This document shows, piece after piece, positions 28,113 to 38,337 of a DNA stretch of 64,000 nt; positions within the stretch are counted from its first letter, which is position 1, and each line of letters begins with the position of its first letter. The notes under the pieces are model-generated. The model did no database searches and had not been told where the DNA came from. It saw nothing but the letters and a program-made list of their open reading frames with translations. The DNA is taken from the NCBI GenBank assembly GCA_038727095.1, contig JAVYWK010000004.1:23802-87801 (forward strand), written 5' to 3'. A program made the translations under genes and the position numbers. Source of the stretch: Thermofilaceae archaeon (GTDB taxonomy: Archaea > Thermoproteota > Thermoprotei > Thermofilales > Thermofilaceae).

Positions 28113-29354
28113 TTAAGCCGAGCTTTCCCTTATTCTAAAAGTTAATACTAAGTAAGGAGGATGTTTTAGAGACGAACCATAGGCTACGTATATGAGCGCC
28201 TTTTTCCCAAGTTCTACAGGCTGACTCTCAACACCTCTACCCTTCCACACCTCGATTAAATGGCCTTCAACGCGGATAGCTGTTCTATTAAGCGATCCTA
28301 AATCCTTGATAAACCATTTCCCGCCTTTATAAAATATTTCAAAATGGTTTCTAGAGATCCACTTGTACGGGTCTATCACTCTTACTTCCATAATATCTCC
28401 CCGCCTATCGACCACAACTTTCGCTCTCTTAGGTTCGATTGATGAAAACCCCGCACTCGTTTGCTCCTCTTTTTCAGCTAGCCTTCCGAAACGAACAACA
28501 GGTGCCTCAAGCGCGATTTCTTCGCCCAGTACTTCGAGTACTGGCACATCGCTTGGAAGACGCTTTTCCTCACCCTCGAGAGCCAAGATCATGTCTTTCG
28601 CTGATAGAAACCTATCTCCCGGATCCCAGCTCATTGCTTTCATCACAATTGACCTCGTCTCATCGCTTACATCTCGATTGAACATGCCAGGATCTGGAGG
28701 CGAAGGGTATCGCTGTTTTGGGTAGCCAGGCATCGCCAGCTGGGGTGGTTGACCTGTTAAAAGATAGAAGAGTAGAGCACCTGTGGACCAGATATCCGCT
28801 TGAGGGGAGGAAAGCCCGTTAAACTGCTCGGGCGCAGTGTAACCGCCCGGCGAATAAACGATCTCACTAATGCCTGAACGGTTAAAGTATGTGCTCGTCC
28901 CAAAGTCGATCACCTTCGCTGGGAAGAGCTCTACTGGTGTTATTACATTCTTTGGTTTTATATCTCTATGAACAACATTAAGCGAGTGAATGTAATCAAG
29001 AGCTAAAAGAACCTGCTCGATAACCTTCTTAGCTTCACGCTCGTCCAGTCTCCTGCGGAGTCGAAGATCTTCCGTGTTTAATCCTTGCACATATTCTAAA
29101 ACTAGAAAAGGAGTTGTCCCAATGCTGCCGCTATCAACATAAGACACCACGTGCGAGTGATTGAGCTTTAATAGTACTTCAATCTCATACTGCAATTTCG
29201 CCAGCGATACGGGGTCTCTCTTAGAAATTTTAACAACAACGTTACCTCTTGAGGAAGAAGCGAGGTAAACATCGCTCATCCCCCCACTGCCTAACAGCTG
29301 TAAAACGCGGTATTCCTCATGTTTACCAACGAGCGTGGAGCCAATTAGGCTCAT
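28113..29354 (-). CDS. Hanks-type Ser/Thr protein kinase with C-terminal FHA domain
   Basis: 'LGSGGMSDVY', 'VVVK', 'HRDIKPKN', 'DFG', 'GYTAPEQ', 'DIWSTG'; FHA 'FGR...ISRNHF...DLGSLNRT'. Confidence 0.95.
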   Translation of the reverse strand: MSLIGSTLVGKHEEYRVLQLLGSGGMSDVYLASSSRGNVVVKISKRDPVSLAKLQYEIEVLLKLNHSHVVSYVDSGSIGTTPFLVLEYVQGLNTEDLRLRRRLDEREAKKVIEQVLLALDYIHSLNVVHRDIKPKNVITPVELFPAKVIDFGTSTYFNRSGISEIVYSPGGYTAPEQFNGLSSPQADIWSTGALLFYLLTGQPPQLAMPGYPKQRYPSPPDPGMFNRDVSDETRSIVMKAMSWDPGDRFLSAKDMILALEGEEKRLPSDVPVLEVLGEEIALEAPVVRFGRLAEKEEQTSAGFSSIEPKRAKVVVDRRGDIMEVRVIDPYKWISRNHFEIFYKGGKWFIKDLGSLNRTAIRVEGHLIEVWKGRGVESQPVELGKKALIYVAYGSSLKHPPYLVLTFRIRESSA

Positions 29355-29788
29355 TTAAGTCATACCCTGAACTAAAGCCAAATTTATATATTTTTGCACT
29401 AAATAATAGCACGAATTTGGTACACAAATTTCTGTTTTCTTACTATAAAGATTCTTAAAAACTCTCTATAATCATCCGATTACATTCTTTTCTCTTGCCG
29501 TTTTTTTTAACAGCAGCAAAGCTAGAACATGATTGAATGCCCCACAATGCACCACGGTGAAACCAGATTTCGATGCAGCTTCTTAAGGACTGTCGCTTAG
29601 TATGGAGAAGCTTGCTACTACGACTATTTCTCTGTTACATAGCAGAGATCCCTAAAGTCGATTCTTACAGCATGATTGTAGTCAAAAAATTTAAAACGAA
29701 AAGCTACATCTTAATCACTATTAGTACAAGGATACACGATTATACTTTCCAAAAAAGGATTAATCCTCGTTTTCCGGTTTCGATACGC

Positions 29789-30418
29789 TTAGCCACTGAC
29801 TGTTCTGAAGACTAAGTTGATTACGCCTGCAGGGCTAATTACGTCTCCATCCTTAAGCTCCTGCATCCCCATACCTCTTATCTGCCTACCATTCAGCAGT
29901 GTACCATTGGTGCTGCTTGAGTCTTCAATATAGAATCGCCCTCCCCTGAACCTGATGATGAACTGCGGCCTACTTTGACTGATCGTATCAAGAAGCCCTG
30001 CTGGAACAATTCCGGCAAAATCGCTCCGGTAGAATGGTTGATCAATAGAGGAAACAATTAACCTACCGTTAGGAGCTTCAAGGTAAGCTAATGCCACTCT
30101 AGTGGTTGAAACCGGTTGAGCAACGACTCTTGTGGGAGAAGGAGCCGAAGGAATAGCAGCTGTTCCGCTAGGTTCAGTGACCGGCTGAACATAATGGGGA
30201 GCTTCTCGAGGCGTGGGGGCTCTTCTCTGCGCATTATAAATAAGCAAACCCCCCGCCGCCAGCATTATTAGTCCAATAAATAACATTGGAAGGCCGATGA
30301 TACCTCCTCCCGGAAAGCCACTGAGCATCAGACCAAAGAATATTCCTATAAGGGCAAGGATAATCAATATCACAGCGACGACTATACTGGCAGCAGTGGT
30401 ACCTCTCTCGCCCATCAA
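29789..30418 (-). CDS. Two-TM membrane protein with Pro/Thr linker and degenerate FHA domain
   Basis: Hydrophobic hairpin; 'FYRSDF...ISQ...DSSSTNGTLLNG...LKDGDVI'. Confidence 0.87.
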   Translation of the reverse strand: MMGERGTTAASIVVAVILIILALIGIFFGLMLSGFPGGGIIGLPMLFIGLIMLAAGGLLIYNAQRRAPTPREAPHYVQPVTEPSGTAAIPSAPSPTRVVAQPVSTTRVALAYLEAPNGRLIVSSIDQPFYRSDFAGIVPAGLLDTISQSRPQFIIRFRGGRFYIEDSSSTNGTLLNGRQIRGMGMQELKDGDVISPAGVINLVFRTVSG

Positions 30419-30550
30419 GAGCTAAATTCGTTAAGGGTTATATTTATATTTTTCTACGAGAAAATACATAGCGAATCACTCGGGCTTTTCCGACGTACAG
30501 AAGAATAAACATTAGCCATGCAGAGACTATTAATGTAATGAATATATTAT

Positions 30551-32716
30551 TTAAAAAGTTAATCTTTTAAGATTTTCTAACTTAATTTTTATTTTTTCGA
30601 TTTCTTTAATATACTCATTTTTTAACTGATCATAGATTTCATCAGATATCTGGCCTGATGCTTTCATCACTTCAAGCTTGTTGAGATACTCAACGTACTT
30701 ACTTAACTCGACCTCCAACTTCTTAATTTCTTGCTCCGCAACGATCGTCTTAGCAGCTGTTTCAGCTGTTGCTTGGATAATTTGTGTTTCACCTTTACTA
30801 GTTAACTTTAAGAATTTTGCAAAAATAGTTGCAACCTGCGGAGGAGGATGGAGTTTACCTACCCTCGTTAAGTAGACGAAGGCGAAGGTTCCTAGTACAA
30901 CAGCCACTGCAACGATAACGATGGCTAAAGCTGTGTAGTCAGTCCTCCATCGTGCTCTCACGTAAACGGGAGACTCAACCGATCCCTGGAGGTAACCCAT
31001 CCGCAAGTCCATCCAAACTTGTCTGAGACCTGTGGTCGAAAAACCATCTAGAACATAAGCTACAGGAAAGCCTACCCTCGATGCGGAAAGCCTAATCGTG
31101 ATTAAAGCACCTTCCTCAGCCCAGCAGCCATCACTCCAGAAGGAACAACCATCTATCGAGTACTCGACGTTAATGTCCGGGTCGAAGGATACCTTAAACG
31201 CTTTCTTCCATATAACCGTCAGTTTCTTAGGTGAATCCACTGTGAAACGGATGACAGGATCTCTTGAGGAAATATCACCTTCCCAACCTTTAAAGATAAT
31301 AACTTCATTTTCTTGTAAAGGTATCATCTCACGAGTAATTCTGACTTCAGCCGTTGAGCCAGCAGAGTACCAACCTCCTCCTACAGCGGCATTTAGTGGG
31401 TCTTCAACAGTTACCATATACTCTCTTATCCACTTAGCTTGTAAGTTAATTGGTTTGTCGACGGTTATCACTAACCTGTTTGATCTACTATACAGTCTTT
31501 CTTCGTCGTACCAGCCTTGAAACACATCTCTTACATCCGTTCTCACTGTTTTAAAATCGGCAGCGTTAGCTTCAATCTTCGTACCTTCACGGTACCAGCC
31601 TTCCACATCTTCATCCCCTCCCTTAATTGAGACGTAAAATTCTTTAAACTCATAGAGTCGAACAATTATCGACACGGGTTTTTCATTGCTATCGATGTTC
31701 ACGTCGACGGGGTTACCAAAGTACTCTTTCCCAGATATTATCCACTTATCGACTGAGTAAGCAATTCTCTCTGCAGAACTTACGAGCCTTGAGGGGGCAT
31801 CCACGCGGAGAGTATGCATACCAGCTTGCAACCAGTGCTCTCCAGGCGAGAAGGGACTACCATCGATGATAACCGTTGTATTCAGTACTACTTTTACCAT
31901 CTTTGTATAGTGGAAGGTAAGCTTCGCCGACTCTGAAGTTGTGAAAGAGCTTTGAGAAGCTACATACTTTACACCAGAACCTGCGCTAATCTCTGGATCC
32001 ACTGATACAGTGTAACTTGCTTTCTTGACAGTAACCTCTAGAGGTTGATTCAGTGCTGCCTTGCCTTTCAATGCTTTGTTAATGTACACTTGTGTCCCGA
32101 TTCCAGAAGGTAGACCTGAGACTTCAACTCTAATCGTGATAATTGGCGAGAAGTAGATTGTGTAGCGAAGTGGAGCTTGATCATAGGTGGGGTTAATCCA
32201 GTGTACCTCGTTAAAGCCTCGGGAAGTTGGAGGTGGATCAACGCTATGGAAAGGTATACTAAAGTACACATGCACTTCATCAATCCAGCCTCCTTGCGGT
32301 TTAAAAATGTCTTGAAAAGTTAATGAATCTAATTCATCGTTGTAAAAGCCTGACTCAGAAAGAGAGAAGCGAAGGGTAACATAAACCTTTCTTTCATTAT
32401 CATTAATACCGTAATCCCAAATCGAAAATCTACTTAACCTAAACATATATGCAATTCTATTTATTAAGCCTTGATAATAAAAATCTTTGTATTCATAAAA
32501 ACATGATTTCCATGATTCCCAATCAAAAACTATAGGTTTAAACCATGCCATAACGCGGACATCGTCACGACCGTACACCCAGATATCATTGCCCAGGTAC
32601 CGCGTAACTTCGCACATGGCTTGGGCCTGCGTCGAGAGAGCTAGTGCCGAGAATCGAAGTACGATTGCCAAGAGCAAGAAAGCGGGGATAGCGATGCATA
32701 AACGATGGATTTTCAC
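30551..32716 (-). CDS. Surface protein: ectodomain, beta-repeats, TM, cytoplasmic CdvA/SHOCT-like coiled coil
   Basis: Signal peptide; 'GWY...FxGW...VDxPxxLxAxW' repeats; TM; tail 'EYLNKLEVMKASGQISDEIYDQLKNEY'. Confidence 0.8.
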   Translation of the reverse strand: MKIHRLCIAIPAFLLLAIVLRFSALALSTQAQAMCEVTRYLGNDIWVYGRDDVRVMAWFKPIVFDWESWKSCFYEYKDFYYQGLINRIAYMFRLSRFSIWDYGINDNERKVYVTLRFSLSESGFYNDELDSLTFQDIFKPQGGWIDEVHVYFSIPFHSVDPPPTSRGFNEVHWINPTYDQAPLRYTIYFSPIITIRVEVSGLPSGIGTQVYINKALKGKAALNQPLEVTVKKASYTVSVDPEISAGSGVKYVASQSSFTTSESAKLTFHYTKMVKVVLNTTVIIDGSPFSPGEHWLQAGMHTLRVDAPSRLVSSAERIAYSVDKWIISGKEYFGNPVDVNIDSNEKPVSIIVRLYEFKEFYVSIKGGDEDVEGWYREGTKIEANAADFKTVRTDVRDVFQGWYDEERLYSRSNRLVITVDKPINLQAKWIREYMVTVEDPLNAAVGGGWYSAGSTAEVRITREMIPLQENEVIIFKGWEGDISSRDPVIRFTVDSPKKLTVIWKKAFKVSFDPDINVEYSIDGCSFWSDGCWAEEGALITIRLSASRVGFPVAYVLDGFSTTGLRQVWMDLRMGYLQGSVESPVYVRARWRTDYTALAIVIVAVAVVLGTFAFVYLTRVGKLHPPPQVATIFAKFLKLTSKGETQIIQATAETAAKTIVAEQEIKKLEVELSKYVEYLNKLEVMKASGQISDEIYDQLKNEYIKEIEKIKIKLENLKRLTF

Positions 32717-33162
32717 ATATTTAACCTTTCTGCCCTATATAAAAATTTTACTTTGTTAGTACTCCTAGATTACTGTTGTAGTTAATTTATACATTATCTT
32801 TTTTGATTACCTTGTTAAATAAAACATAAATATAGGGAATATTTAGATAATTAGTATCATAGAATCTATAAATATTTTAGTCACAATATTTTTATTTTTT
32901 ATTAATTATGAATAATTTTCTAATATATTAGCATTTCTAGTTAACAGTAAAATTACCAAAATTTATAAAAAATGACTAACTGGCCGTGCGTCTTTTACAA
33001 TCTTAATATTATGGAATTAACTTTCCGAAGTAAATGTTTGTATTTCAGAATTTTACTTAAACAATTCTTAGGCATTTTACATCATATAATGATTTCTCAT
33101 TGTTCGATTTCTGAAAATATTCTTTGGAAATTTTATGAATATACTAAGTAATTGATATACAG

Positions 33163-33885
33163 TTATCTTCTTATAAGTTTATTAATTTCGCTTTTACTAT
33201 AGATTCCTGCTATGCTTCCATCGACAAGTCGTACAGCATTGTCACAGTAATCGAGTAATTCTAGATTATGTGTAGCCATTACTACCGTTAAGTTCAACTC
33301 CTCAATCAACTTCCTGAAGAGGTTGATGACTATCCTCGCGTTGCTCGAGTCAAGGTTCCCCGTTGGCTCGTCGGCTAAGAGCAGCTTGGGTTGAGTCACT
33401 ATCGCTCTCGCAATTGCTACGCGTTGCTGCTCGCCACCGCTGAGCTCTGTCGGCCTGTGCCTGGCTCTATGCTCGAGGCCTACGAGCTTCAAAGCCTCCA
33501 ACGCTCTCCTCCTACGCTCCTTCGGGTCGACTCCTCGAGCCACGAGCGGCAGCTCCACGTTCTCCAGGGCGGTGAGCCTCGGGATCAGGTGGAAGAATTG
33601 GAAGACGAAGCCCACGTACTCGTTCCTGTACCTGCTCAGCTCCCTGTCACTCTTCAGCGAGCTGACCTCAATACCCCCCACTCTGACGAGGCCGCGCGTC
33701 GGCCTGTCGAGGCCCCCTATGAGGTGGAGCAGCGTGCTCTTCCCGGAGCCGCTGGGCCCCACAACGGCGAGGAACTCCCCTCGATCGACCTCGAGGTTGA
33801 CGCCCCTCAAGGCCTGGACTTTGGCCTTCCCGAGCTCGTACTCCTTCCAAAGGTCCCGTACCTCCACCATCGGCATCGCGATCAC
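33163..33885 (-). CDS. ABC transporter ATP-binding protein (LolD/MacB-type)
   Basis: 'GPSGSGKST', 'LSGGEQQRVAIARA', 'LLADEPTGNLD', 'ATH'. Confidence 0.95.
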   Translation of the reverse strand: MIAMPMVEVRDLWKEYELGKAKVQALRGVNLEVDRGEFLAVVGPSGSGKSTLLHLIGGLDRPTRGLVRVGGIEVSSLKSDRELSRYRNEYVGFVFQFFHLIPRLTALENVELPLVARGVDPKERRRRALEALKLVGLEHRARHRPTELSGGEQQRVAIARAIVTQPKLLLADEPTGNLDSSNARIVINLFRKLIEELNLTVVMATHNLELLDYCDNAVRLVDGSIAGIYSKSEINKLIRR

Positions 33886-35054
33886 TCGTACCGTAGGGCC
33901 TTCACAGGGTCAAGCCTTGCAGCCGTCCGGGCGGGGACAGCGGCTGCCAGGACGTTTGCGAGCAGGGGGGCTGACAGGGCGATGAGCAGTAGCTCGGGTG
34001 TGAGGCTCGGGGTTAGCCTGATCATGAATAGGGGGATCGAGAGGAACCGCGAGGCTGCTAGGCTGAATACTAGGCCGGCGCACCCGCCGATCAGCGAGAC
34101 GAGGGCTGCCTCTGCCAGGAAGATGAGGAGCACGTCTTGCGAGGTGAAGCCGACGGCTTTCAGCACGCCGATCTCCTTGACCCGCTGCACAACGCTGATC
34201 GCGGTGCTGTCGAAGATCCAGAGCGCTGTGATGCCGACGCTGAGCACCGAGATGAACGCTAGGAATCCGCTGAGGGCGTTTACGAATATCCCGAGCTGGT
34301 TGACCATCGCGATCGGGCTGAACACGTTGGATCGAGGTGGTGCGAGAGCCCTAGCGTAGTCGGTGATCTGCTGCGCGAGCGAGGGGTCCTCCAGCACGAG
34401 GATTGCAGCCTGGTAAACCCTCCTACCGCTCACGTACGTGGTGTAAGCCTGGGGGTCCATGAAGATGGAGTCGTCAACCGAGATCCAGGTTCTGAAGCCG
34501 AAGGGTCTCGCCAGGCCGGCGATGATGACGCTCAAGCTCTTCCCACCGATCGATAGGGTAAGCGCTCCACCTATCTCGTGCATCCGAGCCCCGGTACTCT
34601 GGTCCATCCACAGGTTCGCGCCGAGGATGACGCCCAACCCCTGCGGGGTTTGAACACCTTCCTCGACGAAAGTGCTCAAGTCGGCCAAGCCGAGCAGCTC
34701 GGGCAAGTGCTCGGGTGCAACGGAGATCACCGTCACCGTCCTATAGCCCGCAGGAGTCGCTAGGGTGGCTTGAGCCGTTGAGACCCCAAAGCAGGTTCTA
34801 ACGCCGGGTATGGTGGAGAATAGCGCTAGGTCAGCATCTGTGAGGCCCGGAGCTGGGTTCGTTACGATCACCGAGTTGGCGGCTAGGGTTCTCCCTAGAA
34901 GCTCGGTGAACGCCTGCTGGAAGGCGCTGCCCAGGCCGAGAGCGAGCGAGAGCGCTGTCACGGCTATCGCGACACCGACGGCTGCTCCGGCAGCCCTACC
35001 CTTCCTCTCGCTCAACCCCCTCAGCGCGTACCACGCGTAGTCAACTACTCTCAC
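33882..35054 (-). CDS. ABC transporter permease (MacB/FtsX-type)
   Basis: 'QRVKEIGVLKAVG', 'FLAEA', 'PARTAARLDPVKALRYE'. Confidence 0.93.
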   Translation of the reverse strand: MRVVDYAWYALRGLSERKGRAAGAAVGVAIAVTALSLALGLGSAFQQAFTELLGRTLAANSVIVTNPAPGLTDADLALFSTIPGVRTCFGVSTAQATLATPAGYRTVTVISVAPEHLPELLGLADLSTFVEEGVQTPQGLGVILGANLWMDQSTGARMHEIGGALTLSIGGKSLSVIIAGLARPFGFRTWISVDDSIFMDPQAYTTYVSGRRVYQAAILVLEDPSLAQQITDYARALAPPRSNVFSPIAMVNQLGIFVNALSGFLAFISVLSVGITALWIFDSTAISVVQRVKEIGVLKAVGFTSQDVLLIFLAEAALVSLIGGCAGLVFSLAASRFLSIPLFMIRLTPSLTPELLLIALSAPLLANVLAAAVPARTAARLDPVKALRYE

Positions 35055-36576
35055 GTTTTCTCCCCCTTCTGAGGAGAATGAAGCCGAGCGCGGCGACGAC
35101 CAGGACGATTATTATCGCCCACGGCACGCTGCGTGGGTTCTCGCGCGCGTTCGTCGCGGGTGGCGCCTCCCTAACGACCACTGAAATGTCCCTTGAAACC
35201 GTTATCTTCTCCCCGTAGTACCCCTGGTAGGTGATCGTCGCCCTGACGGTGTACAGGCCAGGCTGAGCGGCGCGGAGGGAGAAGGGGACGGCCGTCGGCG
35301 TGTAGGGGCTAAGCTGTCCGAGGAACTGGCTGACGCCCCTGAGCGGCACCAACCCCTGCGGGGGTGTAAGCGTGACATTGACGCCGAAGATGGGAGCCGA
35401 GCCCAGGTTCATCAGGGTTAACGAGATCGTAGCGATCGCCCCGGCGGCGGGCTCGGACGGCGTGACCTCTATCGATGTTACCTCCACTCTGGCGACCTCG
35501 AGGGCTACGAAGCTGAGCGAATCCCTCAGCACCTTCAGGTTCCCATCGCTGCCGATGTAGGTGAGCGTGTAGGGGATGGACCTAGCCCCCCTCTCACCGT
35601 AGGGGACCTTCACCTCCACCTCCGCTCTAGCTTCGCTGCCCGGCGCCACGTCGCCGATGTGCAGGATTGCCGGCTCCACCGAGACTGCCGAGCCGGGCTG
35701 CGACCAGATGTAGAGCGTCGCGTTCCTCGCGGTGTCGCTACCGATGTTCCGGACGACGATCGACGCGCGAGTTGTGGAGGCTGTCGGCAGCGTCTGTGGC
35801 TCCAGGTAGACGAGCAGTGCCCCGGTGCCGGCTACGAGCGCGTACGTGAGCGCCCTCTCGGTGTACGAGCCTGTGGAATCGACGTAGCTGAGCGTGATCG
35901 TCAGCGTCACGGGGTTGGAGAGGGGGAGCAGCTGGAAGGTTAGAACACTCGATTCCCCAGCCTTCAGTGGGCCGAAGCGGGTTCTCAACGGGCTGGCCGC
36001 TCCCAAGGGTGCGGCTCCTGAGGGGGTGAGGGAGAGCTCGAGCCACTCGACGGTGGAGCCCCTCCCGTTGGTGATGGTTAGGGTCACGTTGGAGGCCACG
36101 CCCAGCGTCAGGCTCGCAGGGGTAACTGACACCTCTATGAGGGGCTCGAAGGGCGGGTTCAGGGTGATGCTGAGGGAGGCGGAGCCCGGTATGCGGTTGA
36201 CGATGACGCCCGTCGCCGCCTGTCGGGCTGTCGAATCGTAGTAGACGAGGATGCTGAGCGTGCAGAGTTTGTCATCGGTGAACCTCAAGGCGACATCCAT
36301 GCTCCTAGCTGCGCCGGGCGCGAGCGCGCCGAGAGGGATTCTATCAACGCCCACAAGCTGGCAGCTGCCGTAGCTGCGTACGACAGCCTCCGAGTTCAGC
36401 AGAGTGTCACCGCCGTATGCCGCGATGGAAAGCCTGGCGACGCCAACGTCCCCGGGCTCGACGGGCCTTCTGACCCATGAGAGTGAGATGAGTGAGAGCT
36501 GAGGTTGAGCCATTGAGATGGCCGTGAAAGCCAGGATCGCTGCCGCCATGAGAGCCGGTGCAACCTTCGTGAGCAC
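35041..36576 (-). CDS. COG1361-like S-layer-domain protein (tandem Ig-like domains, C-terminal TM)
   Basis: Signal peptide; repeated 'NxG...GxLxPG' Ig modules; the usual neighbour of MacB-type ABC genes in archaea. Confidence 0.8.
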   Translation of the reverse strand: MLTKVAPALMAAAILAFTAISMAQPQLSLISLSWVRRPVEPGDVGVARLSIAAYGGDTLLNSEAVVRSYGSCQLVGVDRIPLGALAPGAARSMDVALRFTDDKLCTLSILVYYDSTARQAATGVIVNRIPGSASLSITLNPPFEPLIEVSVTPASLTLGVASNVTLTITNGRGSTVEWLELSLTPSGAAPLGAASPLRTRFGPLKAGESSVLTFQLLPLSNPVTLTITLSYVDSTGSYTERALTYALVAGTGALLVYLEPQTLPTASTTRASIVVRNIGSDTARNATLYIWSQPGSAVSVEPAILHIGDVAPGSEARAEVEVKVPYGERGARSIPYTLTYIGSDGNLKVLRDSLSFVALEVARVEVTSIEVTPSEPAAGAIATISLTLMNLGSAPIFGVNVTLTPPQGLVPLRGVSQFLGQLSPYTPTAVPFSLRAAQPGLYTVRATITYQGYYGEKITVSRDISVVVREAPPATNARENPRSVPWAIIIVLVVAALGFILLRRGRKRESS

Positions 36577-36607
36577 GCGGGGATCGCTGGAGGGCTGGTT
36601 TTGTGCT

Positions 36608-37087
36608 TTATGGTGGCCTCCTCAAGCTGAGGGCTAGGAGCACCAGGATCGCCACTAGCAACACCGCTAAGCCGAAATCGAGCACGAGCGACAGCGACTC
36701 CGCCGCGGCGGTGACGGCTGCCGTGACCGGTAGAGCGAGCGCGGCGACCCCGGTCACCTGCTCAAACTTCCTCCTCAAGTAGCCCAGGTTACGCGCCGGG
36801 CCCGCCCTAGCCACCAGATCCCCTAGCTCCGCAAGGTACAGTGACGCGAGCGTCAGCAGAGCAGCTTGAACCAAGCTCCGTTCCAGGCTCATCGCGACGA
36901 GGGTGGGTAGCTGCAAGGCGACGGCCAGCGCTACGAGTGTTCGAGACCGTCTCAGCAGCGCCAGCGCGAAGATGGCGGCCGAGAGGAGGGGGGCAGGCGC
37001 CGTCTGGGGGTGGGAGAGGCTCAGTAGGGTTGAGAGGAGGATCCAGGACGCCACGAGAGAGGCGCGCACGAGATCCAGATTCACCAC
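36608..37087 (-). CDS. Multi-pass membrane protein
   Basis: Hydrophobic ORF in the operon between DUF58 and the COG1361-like gene. Confidence 0.7.
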   Translation of the reverse strand: MVNLDLVRASLVASWILLSTLLSLSHPQTAPAPLLSAAIFALALLRRSRTLVALAVALQLPTLVAMSLERSLVQAALLTLASLYLAELGDLVARAGPARNLGYLRRKFEQVTGVAALALPVTAAVTAAAESLSLVLDFGLAVLLVAILVLLALSLRRPP

Positions 37088-38337
37088 CCCCCTCTAAGAG
37101 CCCGGCGCCTCGACGCCTTGAGCAGGAGTGCGCCCGGGGCCCAGTCGACGACGCGGCAAACGCCGCTCAGCTTGACTATGAGGCTCGTCCTCTCCACCTC
37201 GAGGATGCGCTGCGCTGCACTACCATCCCCCCTGAACGGGTTGGGGGAGATGACGAGCACGGAGTACTTCGGAGCCAAGTTGAAGATCGAGATGGCGATG
37301 TTACTGTCGAGGAGCGGGCTGATGACGATTAGCTCCGCGTTGGGCTTCAAGAGGTAGGGTGCGAGCATGTTGAGAGCGTAGTCGAGCGGAGCCGGCTCGC
37401 CGGCCTCCAGCCTCGTCAACTCGTAGAGGACCCTATCCAAATGCCTCCTCCCAAAGCCCGGCCTGACCCACGAGGACTCCCTGCCCCTCGTGACGAGGCC
37501 CACCCTGTTGCCGGACCTCAAGAGGCTCAGCGCTAGGGAGGCGGCCAGCGAGACCTCTGCTTCAACCACCTCCTCAACGGTGGCGGGGTCGAGGACCCCG
37601 AGGAGGCCGGCGTCCACGACGAGCAGCACGTCTGTAACCCTCTCCTCTACCTGCTCGTTGACAAGCAGCTTGCCCAGCCTGGCGGAGGCCCTCCAGTTCA
37701 CCCTCCGCAGCTCGTCCCCCGGCGCGTACTCCCTCACCCCGTAGAACTCGTAACCCCTACCGCTGCGCCTCGAAGCCACCTCGCCGGGCCAAACGCCAGT
37801 GTAGCTGGCGGCCAGCTTGATCCCCTTCGTGCTCATCAGCTTCGGCAGGGCTACGACCTCGCTCGGATCGGAGGCGACGCTCTCCTCGACAAACAGGCCG
37901 AGAGCATCGCTGAAGACCGCGAGCGTGGGGCCGAGCTGGTAGAAGCCCCTCTTCGGCAGCAGAACCTCGTACTCGAGGCTCGCCCGCTCCCTGAGGTTGA
38001 GCAGGAAGGTCGACCCTCCCCCGACGATTGGCGCGGTCGACGGCTCCCGCAGCTCCACGAGGCACGGCTTGTCGCTTGCCACCTCCAAGCGAACCTTCAC
38101 TCTCTCGCCCGGCATCGCCCTGGTCCTCTCGACGACCCTCGAGACTTTAACGCTGGCCCGCTGGGTGAATAGGCTTGAGAAGCCAACCATCAGCGCCGCC
38201 GGAACGGTTAGGGCGATCGGCCTGAAGTCCCTCATCAGGATTGCGGAGGTTATCAGGGCTAGGATGAGAGCCACGTAGAGCAGCGCCTTTGCGGTCGGCC
38301 TACAACCCCTTCGGGACGGGGACCGCGTTGAGGACAT
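37081..38337 (-). CDS. DUF58 family protein (MoxR partner)
   Basis: 'GYEFYGVREYAPGDELRRVNWRASAR', 'LLVVD', 'GNRVGL'. Start position uncertain. Confidence 0.92.
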   Translation of the reverse strand: MSSTRSPSRRGCRPTAKALLYVALILALITSAILMRDFRPIALTVPAALMVGFSSLFTQRASVKVSRVVERTRAMPGERVKVRLEVASDKPCLVELREPSTAPIVGGGSTFLLNLRERASLEYEVLLPKRGFYQLGPTLAVFSDALGLFVEESVASDPSEVVALPKLMSTKGIKLAASYTGVWPGEVASRRSGRGYEFYGVREYAPGDELRRVNWRASARLGKLLVNEQVEERVTDVLLVVDAGLLGVLDPATVEEVVEAEVSLAASLALSLLRSGNRVGLVTRGRESSWVRPGFGRRHLDRVLYELTRLEAGEPAPLDYALNMLAPYLLKPNAELIVISPLLDSNIAISIFNLAPKYSVLVISPNPFRGDGSAAQRILEVERTSLIVKLSGVCRVVDWAPGALLLKASRRRALRGGW